From Chlorobiota bacterium (GTDB lineage: Bacteria > Bacteroidota > Ignavibacteria > Tepidaquicellales > OLB5), in assembly GCA_022616535.1 (NCBI GenBank), contig JAKEEM010000047.1, positions 1,563-65,562 of the forward strand: 64,000 nucleotides of DNA, given 5' to 3'. The position numbers were made by a program, and so were the translations under genes. The notes beneath the pieces were generated by a model. The model worked only from the letters and a program-made list of their open reading frames with translations, was not told the origin of the DNA and made no database searches. Below, one piece after another: positions 18,873-27,002 of this stretch (position 1 is its first letter; each line of letters opens with the position of its first letter).

Positions 18873-19249
18873 GCTTTAAAGGCAATCATCGATATTTCTA
18901 TATCAGCGTCTTTGGGTAAACGGGAGACCTCAATAGTTTCTCTTGCAGGGGGCTCAGCTGAAAAATACGAGCCGTAAACTTCGTTTACATCGCTGAATTT
19001 ACCCATATCCTTAATAAACAATGTGCTTTTAACCACACTTGTGAAATCCATCTCCGAAGCATTCAAAATAGCTTTTAAGTTTTCCATAACCTGCCTGGTT
19101 TGTTCCTTAATGCCTTCTGCCGCAATGTTACCTGTTGCGGGATTAATCGGTATTTGTCCGGATATGAATAGAAACCCTACTGCACTAACTGCCTGGCTGT
19201 AGGGACCAACGGGCTTGGGGGCTTTTTCAGTTGTAATTATTTTTTTCAT
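18869..19249 (-). CDS. ridA: RidA/YjgF-family reactive-intermediate deaminase
   Basis: 126 aa with TEKAPKPVGPYSQAV... and ARETIEVSRLPKDADIEI. Confidence 0.9.
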   Translation of the reverse strand: MKKIITTEKAPKPVGPYSQAVSAVGFLFISGQIPINPATGNIAAEGIKEQTRQVMENLKAILNASEMDFTSVVKSTLFIKDMGKFSDVNEVYGSYFSAEPPARETIEVSRLPKDADIEISMIAFKA

Positions 19250-19287
19250 AAAGTTATTTCTGTTTAATTGGTTTTTAACTCATACTT

Positions 19288-19986
19288 TTAATCAGTTTCG
19301 CTAAGAGCAAACTCTGCGGCCGCTCTTGCATGAATTAAAGTTGTATCGAAAACTTTTATTGTGCAGTCCTCCGGTTTTATAAGCATCGGAATTTCGGTGC
19401 AGCCGAAAATTACACCCTCAGCTCCTTGTTTAACCAAGCCGTCTATGATTTTAAGATATTTTTCCTTCGTTTCAAGCTTAAAAATATTTTTCCCAAGCTC
19501 GCTGAATATTGTTGAATGTATAAATTCACGTTCATCCTCGTTTGGGACTAAGGTTTTGATGTCGTGCTTTAGCAGCCTGTCCTTAAAAAAATCCTGTTCC
19601 ATTGTGAATTTTGTTCCGAGCAAACCTGCGGTTTTGATTTTATTTTTAACTATTTCTTTTGCAGTAACTTCCGCAATGTGTATTAAGGGTATGTTAATTT
19701 TCTGTTCGATAATATCTGCAACCATGTGAGGTGTATTTGCGCATAATATAATACACTCTGCTCCGGCATTTTTCAGTCGGAGTGAAATATCTGTCAGCAT
19801 TACCGCTATTTTCTCCAAACTTCCTGAATCAGCCGTCGGTTTGAATTCCTCGAAATTAAGCGAATATAAATATATCTTTGCTGAGTTCAACCCCCCAAGC
19901 CGTTTATTAATTTCCTGGTTAATGATTCTGTAATAATCAATGGTTGAAAGCCAGCTTGTTCCGCCGATTAGTCCGAGTGTTTTCAT
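19288..19986 (-). CDS. aspartate/glutamate racemase family protein
   Basis: MKTLGLIGGTSWLSTIDYYRIIN plus the two catalytic-Cys contexts (ILCANTPH, FGCTEIP). Confidence 0.8.
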   Translation of the reverse strand: MKTLGLIGGTSWLSTIDYYRIINQEINKRLGGLNSAKIYLYSLNFEEFKPTADSGSLEKIAVMLTDISLRLKNAGAECIILCANTPHMVADIIEQKINIPLIHIAEVTAKEIVKNKIKTAGLLGTKFTMEQDFFKDRLLKHDIKTLVPNEDEREFIHSTIFSELGKNIFKLETKEKYLKIIDGLVKQGAEGVIFGCTEIPMLIKPEDCTIKVFDTTLIHARAAAEFALSETD

Positions 19987-20921
19987 TTTTGAGCTTTGTT
20001 ATTTAATTCAGTAAACATTCTTTTATAAGTTGGAACTTCCGCATTCAGCTTCTCAGCGAGAGACACAACATACCCGGTCAATGAATTTAATTCGGTCTTT
20101 TTCCCTTTTTTAAAATCATCATGCATCGAGGAAGTTGTTTCTTGAGGCAGCGCTTCAAATCTCGAAAGAGTTTTTTCTATAATGCTGTCTTCAAAGGTTA
20201 TTCCAATTGCATCTGCAACAATTTTTAACTCCTCCAATAAGTTCCTTAAAAGTTTTCTTTTTTCAATGTGGTTTATTATTCCGCCTACGGGAGTATCAAG
20301 AAAGGAGGTGATAGTTGCAAGGGGAGATATAAAGAAAAATTTTCTCCACACCTCAAAATCAATGTTTTGGGATAATTGCGCATTTATACCGGCATTCTTA
20401 AAAATATTTTCAATCATTTTCAGTTTTTCTTTTGAAGCTGAATCCGAGCCGAAATAAGCTTTGCTGAGACTGCCTGTGACTTTAACAGTTCCGGGTGAGA
20501 TTAATCTTGAAACGATATAAATACACCCGTTCCAGACATCAGCAATAGGCAGAATTTTTTTTATTCTATCACGAGCATCGACCCCGTTTAAAAAAGGAAT
20601 GATAACTGTATTTTCACTAAAAACCGTTTTCCATAATTCAATGCTTCGCTGCAAATCATAGCTTTTAACCGTGCAGATTACTAAATCAAATGAATCCTGG
20701 GGACTTGGCGTGCTTTTTACAGATGGAGGGTGAACAATTTGCTCACCCTCATCAGTAACCAGCTTTAAACCAAGTGACTTAATTTGTTGTTGGTTTTCAC
20801 CCCTTGCGATAAAAATAATTTCTTTATCCGTCGAATTAAAATAACACCCAGCTAATTTGCCTCCAATGTAGCCGCCGACGCCCCCGATTCCAAGAACCGC
20901 TATTTTAAATTTCCCATCCAC
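19983..20921 (-). CDS. panE: 2-dehydropantoate 2-reductase (ketopantoate reductase family)
   Basis: Rossmann motif IAVLGIGGVGGYIGGKLA, 312 aa, ApbA/PanE-like layout. Confidence 0.7.
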   Translation of the reverse strand: MDGKFKIAVLGIGGVGGYIGGKLAGCYFNSTDKEIIFIARGENQQQIKSLGLKLVTDEGEQIVHPPSVKSTPSPQDSFDLVICTVKSYDLQRSIELWKTVFSENTVIIPFLNGVDARDRIKKILPIADVWNGCIYIVSRLISPGTVKVTGSLSKAYFGSDSASKEKLKMIENIFKNAGINAQLSQNIDFEVWRKFFFISPLATITSFLDTPVGGIINHIEKRKLLRNLLEELKIVADAIGITFEDSIIEKTLSRFEALPQETTSSMHDDFKKGKKTELNSLTGYVVSLAEKLNAEVPTYKRMFTELNNKAQK

Positions 20922-20964
20922 AAAAACTCATAATACAAAATTTCATAATTTAGACTTCATAATA

Positions 20965-22392
20965 CTAGACTTCATAATACAGGTGGAATTCATATGGATG
21001 CGGTCTGAGTGCCATTGGTTTAACTTCGTTTTCCATTTTGTAGCTTATCCAGGTTTGGATTAAGTCATCGGTGAAGACTCCCCCGAGTTTTAAGTATTCG
21101 TTATCGTTTGTTAGACTTTCAAGAGAAAGCTCAAGATTATCCGGCGCCTGGGGAATGTTCTTCAGCTCCTTATCGCTAAGATGGTAAATATCCATTTCCA
21201 TCGGCTTGCCCGGGTCGATTTTATTCATAATGCCGTCTATACCTGCCATAAGCATTGCAGCGAATGCAAAGTATGGGTTTGCCGTTCCGTCGGGACATCG
21301 GAATTCAACCCTCTTTGTCTTAGGATTTTCCGAATACATCGGAATTCTTACTGCAGCGCTCCTGTTGCGCTTTGAATATGCAAGGTTGACAGGAGCTTCA
21401 TAACCCGGCACAAGACGCTTGTATGAATTAGTCGTTGGATTTGTAAATGCTAAAAGCGAGGGGGCGTGTTTTAAAAGCCCCCCGATGTAATATAAAGCAG
21501 TCTGGCTTAAGCCGGCATACTCTTTGCCTGCAAAGAGCGGTTTGCTGTTTTGCCATAGACTCTGGTGGGTATGCATACCGCTTCCGTTATCGCCGAAAAT
21601 CGGCTTGGGCATAAACGTTGCGGTTTTGCCGAAGAGTCTTGCAGTGTTCTTTACGATATATTTAAACATCATCAAATTATCTGCACATTGAAGCATAGGT
21701 GAATATTTAACGTCAATTTCGCCCTGCCCGCCTGTTGCGACTTCATGGTGCTGGGTTTCAACCTCTATTCCCGCATCAATCAGGTGTTCTACCATAGCAT
21801 TGCGGACATCATTTGTTGAGTCAGCCGGCGGAACAGGGAAGTATCCTTCTTTCTGGCGGATTTTATGTCCGAGGTTTGCCTCAAGCTCAGAGCCGGTGTT
21901 CCAGAAGCCCTCGCGTGAATCGATTTTATACCAACTGCTGTATTCATTTACATTGTAGGCAACATGGTCTAAAATAAAAAACTCTGCCTCGGGCCCGAAA
22001 TAAGCATTATCCGCAATTTTGCTTTTTTTAAGAAATTCCTCAGCTTTTTTTACAACATATCTCGGATCCCTGCTGTAAGGCGCTTTACTTATGGGGTCGA
22101 TGATGTCACATATTAATGATAAGCTTTTAGTTTTGATAAAAGGGTCAACCCTTGCCGTTGACGGGTCGGGAATTATAAGCATGTCGGATTCGTTTATCGA
22201 CTGCCAGCCGCGGATTGAAGAGCCGTCGAAGCCAATGCCTTCACCGAACATTTTTTCCTCGAACTGGCTGACAGGTATGCTGAAATGCTGCCACTGCCCC
22301 GGCAAATCAGTAAAGCGGAAGTCAATCATTTTAACATCATGTTTTTTGATTAAATTAAAGACGTTTTTAACTGCCTGTGAACTTGATGCCAT
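20965..22392 (-). CDS. glnA: glutamine synthetase, type I
   Basis: 475 aa with FRFTDLPGQWQHF, GSGMHTHQSLW and NSYKRLVPGYEAP. Confidence 0.95.
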   Translation of the reverse strand: MASSSQAVKNVFNLIKKHDVKMIDFRFTDLPGQWQHFSIPVSQFEEKMFGEGIGFDGSSIRGWQSINESDMLIIPDPSTARVDPFIKTKSLSLICDIIDPISKAPYSRDPRYVVKKAEEFLKKSKIADNAYFGPEAEFFILDHVAYNVNEYSSWYKIDSREGFWNTGSELEANLGHKIRQKEGYFPVPPADSTNDVRNAMVEHLIDAGIEVETQHHEVATGGQGEIDVKYSPMLQCADNLMMFKYIVKNTARLFGKTATFMPKPIFGDNGSGMHTHQSLWQNSKPLFAGKEYAGLSQTALYYIGGLLKHAPSLLAFTNPTTNSYKRLVPGYEAPVNLAYSKRNRSAAVRIPMYSENPKTKRVEFRCPDGTANPYFAFAAMLMAGIDGIMNKIDPGKPMEMDIYHLSDKELKNIPQAPDNLELSLESLTNDNEYLKLGGVFTDDLIQTWISYKMENEVKPMALRPHPYEFHLYYEV

Positions 22393-22871
22393 TAATTTTC
22401 TCCTTTTGATTTATGTTTTAAATTAATTCCAAATGTTTCTTTATGCGACGATAAAACGATGGAGGTTCTTGTCGAACGGACGCCTTTCCATGATTGGATT
22501 TTAGCGAGCAGCTTTTCAAGGGTCGATGTGCTTTCAGTCCGGATTTTCAGAACATGCGAGCCGTCGCCGGTTATTGAGTGGCATTCGAGAATTTCGTGAT
22601 TTTGAAGCGCGTGCTGGACGAAATCTTTGTAATGGGTGGAAGAGTCGCTTATAACAAATATAAATGCGGTAATATCTTTGCCGAGTGACTTGTGGCTGAG
22701 CTTTGTTATGTAAGATTCGATAATTCCGTTTTCCTCAAGCTTGTTCATCCTGTCGGTAACCGAAGGAAGGGAGAGCTCGATTTTCTCGGCAATTTCGTTT
22801 CGCTTGATTCTTGAATTATTTTGCAGCAACTCAAGAATTTTAAAATCGATATCGTCTAAAATAAATTCCAC
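22392..22871 (-). CDS. Lrp/AsnC-family transcriptional regulator
   Basis: N-terminal HTH (LDDIDFKILELLQNNSRIKRNEIAEKIELSLPSVTDRMNKLEENGII) plus a RAM-like C-terminus. Its stop overlaps the glnA ATG (TAATG). Confidence 0.85.
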   Translation of the reverse strand: MEFILDDIDFKILELLQNNSRIKRNEIAEKIELSLPSVTDRMNKLEENGIIESYITKLSHKSLGKDITAFIFVISDSSTHYKDFVQHALQNHEILECHSITGDGSHVLKIRTESTSTLEKLLAKIQSWKGVRSTRTSIVLSSHKETFGINLKHKSKGEN

Positions 22872-22996
22872 TGCCCTAAGTTATTAAGGAATTATCCTTG
22901 TTATTCTTTAATTATTAAGGGAAAATATAAATTATATTTACAAATATAAGGCAAAGTGTTGAACTTGTCAATAGTCTTTAATAAGATATCCGCTGG

Positions 22997-23024
22997 AATA
23001 AAAAACCCCGCCGTTTTTGCGGGG
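22997..23024 (-). terminator. rho-independent terminator downstream of ndk
   Basis: Reverse strand reads CCCCGC-AAAAACG-GCGGGG followed by TTTTTTATT. It lies about 27 nt after the ndk stop. Confidence 0.7.
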
Positions 23025-23050
23025 CAATAAAAATTAAACTGTTTCAAACT

Positions 23051-23464
23051 TTAAACTAAGTCGGAATCCTTGAAGAAGTGGGCAATCTCTTTTGCTGCGT
23101 TTTCGGGTGAATCAGATCCGTGGACAATGTTTCGTTCAACTGACTCTGCATAAAGCTTTCGTATCGTGCCTTCCTCAGCATTGGCGGGATTGGTTGCTCC
23201 GATTAATTTGCGGAACTCGGCGACTGCATTTGGCTTTTCAAGGCACATTGGTATTACGGGTCCTGAGGTCATATAAGCAACCAAATCATTAAAAAACGGC
23301 CTTTCTTTATGGACTTCGTAGAATTTCTTTGCGGAGTCTTCCGTCAGTCTCAGAAGCTGCATACCTTTGATTTCAAACCCGGCGTCGATGATATGCTGTA
23401 TAACTTTGCCGTGTATTTTCTTTTCAATTGAGTCAGGTTTTAAAATAGCAAGTGTTCTTTCCAT
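23051..23464 (-). CDS. ndk: nucleoside diphosphate kinase
   Basis: 137 aa with MERTLAILKPD and NIVHGSDS (catalytic His). Confidence 0.95.
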   Translation of the reverse strand: MERTLAILKPDSIEKKIHGKVIQHIIDAGFEIKGMQLLRLTEDSAKKFYEVHKERPFFNDLVAYMTSGPVIPMCLEKPNAVAEFRKLIGATNPANAEEGTIRKLYAESVERNIVHGSDSPENAAKEIAHFFKDSDLV

Positions 23465-23613
23465 TTAAATTTTATAAATTAATTTTAGGCACAAAATTAA
23501 AATTTCTTTTTGATTTTTTAAATTCATAAAATAATTCCTTTGCTTTTATGCATATTGAATATCCTTTTTAAAGTTCACAATCATTTCTAATTTTGTTTTA
23601 AAACAACAATAAA

Positions 23614-24618
23614 TTGAGTGATTTAAGCCGATATTCAGAGTACTTACAACAGGAGCCGTATACAGTCCCTCCTCAGCCGGGAGTGAAAAAATCCCCCCGA
23701 ATCTGGTTAAATATTCTGCTTTTTTTATTTACTTTTTTGACCACGATTCAGGCGGGAGTGGCATGGCTTAACCGCGACCCTAATGATTTCAGCAATTTTT
23801 CACTCGGCTTAACTTATTCGGTTTTAATTTTAGCTTTCCTAACATTTCACGAGTTCGGTCACTATTTTGCAGCAAGGGTTCATAAAGTAAAAGTTACGCT
23901 TCCTTACTACATACCATTTCCATTTTTATTTTTAAATCCCTTTGGAACAATGGGTGCGGTCATAAGGATTAAGGAGCGAATCACTTCGCGAAAAGCTTTG
24001 TTCGATATAGGCATAGCTGGCCCGGTTGCAGGATTTGTGGCAGCAACTGCCATGCTCATATACGGAATGACAACCCTTCCTCCATTTGAATACATTTACA
24101 ATATCCACCCCGAATACCAGGTCACGGGAGTTCCAACAAGCGGTTTTTCTTTCGGTCCGAATTTATTGTATTGGGGCTTGGGCAAGCTTCTGGCTGATTC
24201 GCCTAACGTTTTTCTCCCGCCTATGAATGAAATGTATCACTATCCGTTCTTATGTGTCGGCTGGTTCGGCTTACTGGTAACGGCGCTCAATTTACTGCCT
24301 GTCGGGCAGCTTGACGGTGGGCATATTATTTACGCACTGTTCGCAAACAAAAGCAAATACATTGCAAGGACTTTCTTTGGCGTGATACTCGGAATGGGAC
24401 TGCTTGGACTTCTGCCTTTTTTGGGGATAACAACATTAGCTGAATACGGACTTTTGAACTGGCTCATATGGGCGGCTGTAATATTTTTCCTCATTAGAAT
24501 TGACCACCCGCCTTTTTATGACCCGGAACCTATTGGAACGTCAAGGATGCTTTGGGGAGGGTTTGCACTATTTATGTTTATAAGCTCTTTTACGCCTGTG
24601 CCGGTTACAAATCTCTAA
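23614..24618 (+). CDS. site-2 protease (M50) family membrane metalloprotease
   Basis: HEFGHYFAA (HExxH) inside a TM helix plus NLLPVGQLDGGH. Polytopic. TTG start. Confidence 0.8.
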   Translation: MSDLSRYSEYLQQEPYTVPPQPGVKKSPRIWLNILLFLFTFLTTIQAGVAWLNRDPNDFSNFSLGLTYSVLILAFLTFHEFGHYFAARVHKVKVTLPYYIPFPFLFLNPFGTMGAVIRIKERITSRKALFDIGIAGPVAGFVAATAMLIYGMTTLPPFEYIYNIHPEYQVTGVPTSGFSFGPNLLYWGLGKLLADSPNVFLPPMNEMYHYPFLCVGWFGLLVTALNLLPVGQLDGGHIIYALFANKSKYIARTFFGVILGMGLLGLLPFLGITTLAEYGLLNWLIWAAVIFFLIRIDHPPFYDPEPIGTSRMLWGGFALFMFISSFTPVPVTNL

Positions 24619-24622
24619 GCTT

Positions 24623-25126
24623 TTAAGCTTCGGTCAGCTTCATGTTTTCCGAGTTCAAAAACCAGATAAACCTTCCAATATCTTTTTCAATATCGTATTC
24701 AATTTTGCATACGCTTACATTTTTAAAGTTTATTTTCAAGTCTTTTACATCTGTGCTTTTAATCAGATTCAGTGTAATAGTATTTACATCGGGTGCGTGG
24801 GCAAATATTCCAACTGAATTATGATGAGAGTTTCTCTTTATTAGCTGCAAGAAACGGTTAAACGAGTTGCCGCTTACGAGCTCAATAGCTGTTTTTATGT
24901 CGTGGTCATATTTCAAAACTGATGCGAATATCTCGGCAGTCTGCACAGCCCTTACAAGGGGACTTGAAAAAATCACATCGAAGCTAACCTTCATATCCTT
25001 AAGCCGTTGAGCGACTATTTTGCAGTGGTTTCTGCCGTGGATTGTAAGATACCTGTATCCTTCTTCTGCAATTTCACTGTCAAGCTCTGCTGCCGCACCG
25101 TGCCGTATAATATACAGTTCCATCAA
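24623..25126 (-). CDS. sixA: histidine phosphatase family protein (SixA-like phosphohistidine phosphatase)
   Basis: LYIIRHGAA (RHG motif), 167 aa, with a 4-nt overlap with mtaB. Confidence 0.65.
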   Translation of the reverse strand: MMELYIIRHGAAAELDSEIAEEGYRYLTIHGRNHCKIVAQRLKDMKVSFDVIFSSPLVRAVQTAEIFASVLKYDHDIKTAIELVSGNSFNRFLQLIKRNSHHNSVGIFAHAPDVNTITLNLIKSTDVKDLKINFKNVSVCKIEYDIEKDIGRFIWFLNSENMKLTEA

Positions 25127-26442
25127 CTTAAAACCATTTCATTGCATAAGGCTTCGCAAAAGTGGTATGAATCAGTTTTTGTTATACCAACGGGAAGGAT
25201 TTTATTCTCAAACCCTTCACTTGCTTGAACACGAACTTTAATATAATTTTCAGTGAAGCCGTAAATATAACCGTCCTCTTTTGCAGTTTCAAAAAGTACA
25301 TTGTGGGTTTTATTCACGTTTGTTTGATAAAAATTAAAGCGTTTTTTATTTGAAAGCTCCCTTAATATCCTGCTGCGCTCTTTTCTTGCAGAAATGTTAA
25401 CGCTTCCCGGCAGTGAAGCGGCGTGAGTTTTTCTTCTTTCCGAGTAACTAAATACATGCAGATAGCTTATGGGCAATGATTCCAGAAAACCAAAAGTGTT
25501 ATTGAACCTCTCATCTGACTCCTGCGGAAAGCCGACAATTACATCAACTCCAATGCCTATGTTGGGTATTTCCTCATTAAGCTTATATAACAGGTTTTCG
25601 TAATAATCTTTATTGTATCTTCTTCTCATCAGCTTAAGTGTCTCCGAATCACCGCTTTGAAGCGGAATGTGGAAATGCTTGCAGAATTTTTCCGAAGACT
25701 TTACCAGTTGGATAATTTCATCGCTAAGAAGGTTCGGCTCTATTGAGCTGATGCGGATTCTTGGAATGTTAAGCTTTTCCAGCTCATATAAAACATCTAT
25801 CAGCCGGTATTTTTTTTCGCCCGCATCAGATATATAATCACCCGTATTTACTCCCGTTAAAACTATTTCTTGGTAACCCAAATCCAAAAGCTTCCTCGCG
25901 TTTTGGGTCACTTCATAAACCGGCTGGCTTCTTGATTTTCCTCTTGCAAGCGGAATAGTGCAAAATGAACAGTTGTAATCGCAGCCGTCCTGTATTTTTA
26001 AAAATGCGCGGGTTCGTGAATCGACGTCTGACGAATAAGCGTATTCGAAATCTGTTGCCTCTTTTATCGGGGAAGTAAATACGCATGAAAGAGATTTCTT
26101 TTGGAAATTATCGGCGTAGTCGAACAGCTTAAATTTCTCGTTTGTCCCTAAAACCAAATCAACTCCGCCGATTCCGGATATTTCATCCGGCTGAAGCTGG
26201 GCATAACAGCCCGTTACAATAACATAAGTATCGGGATTGTTATTTAAAACGCTCCTTATAATTTGCCTGCATTCTTTGTCTGCATTATCCGTAACCGAAC
26301 AAGTGTTTAAAACAAAAATATCGGAACTCTCACCGAAAGGTTTTAACTTAAATCCCTTTTGGTTGAAATTGCTTGCAATTGTAGAGGTCTCAGAGTAATT
26401 TAGCTTGCATCCAAGTGTATGTAATGATACCGTTTTTTCCAT
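25123..26442 (-). CDS. mtaB: radical-SAM tRNA methylthiotransferase, MtaB-like
   Basis: N-terminal UPF0004 domain (VSLHTLGCKLNYSETS), radical SAM CDYNCSFCTIP, and a C-terminal TRAM-like region. I prefer the ATG at 26442 (MEKTVSL...) because the track start at 26487 would run through a GC-rich repeat motif. Confidence 0.8.
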   Translation of the reverse strand: MEKTVSLHTLGCKLNYSETSTIASNFNQKGFKLKPFGESSDIFVLNTCSVTDNADKECRQIIRSVLNNNPDTYVIVTGCYAQLQPDEISGIGGVDLVLGTNEKFKLFDYADNFQKKSLSCVFTSPIKEATDFEYAYSSDVDSRTRAFLKIQDGCDYNCSFCTIPLARGKSRSQPVYEVTQNARKLLDLGYQEIVLTGVNTGDYISDAGEKKYRLIDVLYELEKLNIPRIRISSIEPNLLSDEIIQLVKSSEKFCKHFHIPLQSGDSETLKLMRRRYNKDYYENLLYKLNEEIPNIGIGVDVIVGFPQESDERFNNTFGFLESLPISYLHVFSYSERRKTHAASLPGSVNISARKERSRILRELSNKKRFNFYQTNVNKTHNVLFETAKEDGYIYGFTENYIKVRVQASEGFENKILPVGITKTDSYHFCEALCNEMVLS

Positions 26443-26789
26443 CTTTAAGCTGATAAAACCGCCTGATTGCATGTTACAGGCAGGCAAATTTAAAGAAATT
26501 TTGTGGGTTTTACTAATGATTTTGGAGCGTAGTTTAAAATATTAAAGTGGAATTATTAGTATCATTTTTGGGTTAAATTTAAAAAAAACAGTATAATAAT
26601 CTACAATTGTCACAATATCTGATACGTATTGTCTAAATGTCATACTAAAATCTGATTTAGAGTTCGATTTAATTAAACCATTGGCTGCAAAAAGGCATCT
26701 TAATAGCAAATATTGCAAAGCAAATATTTAACTCCGACTGGGAACCTGCCTGTGGCAGAGTCGTAAAATTCTCCTTTTTGAAAAGAAAA

Positions 26790-26936
26790 AGAGCAGTGCG
26801 ATTGGGCGACGCTTGTTTTTGAGGGCTCAAGCGTGTAGGCGGCTTAGATAAAAGTAGGCTGCCGCCTGCCTCTAAAATAATTACCTGTATTTGACCCATA
26901 GGACTTGCTTTTAGAGGCAGGCATCGCACAGGCTCT
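26790..26936. other. 147-nt GC-rich structured element (four-way junction), strand unresolved
   Basis: Closing stem AGAGC/GTGCGAT (26790-26802) pairs with ATCGCAC/GCTCT (26923-26936). Three internal hairpins include a perfect 14-bp inverted repeat, GCCTGCCTCTAAAA (26864-26877) with TTTTAGAGGCAGGC (26909-26922). On the minus strand a U-rich run follows. Confidence 0.4.
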
Positions 26937-27002
26937 GAAAAAAATTTTGAAAAAAGCAATTATCGAAAAGTAAACATTTATTTATTAGCATAAATTGCAG
27001 AT

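Noticed and set aside
26669-26959. 96-aa minus-strand ORF upstream of mtaB
   Set aside because: It runs straight through the 14-bp perfect inverted repeat and the other stems of the four-way junction. Its composition is typical of translated palindromic GC-rich repeats.
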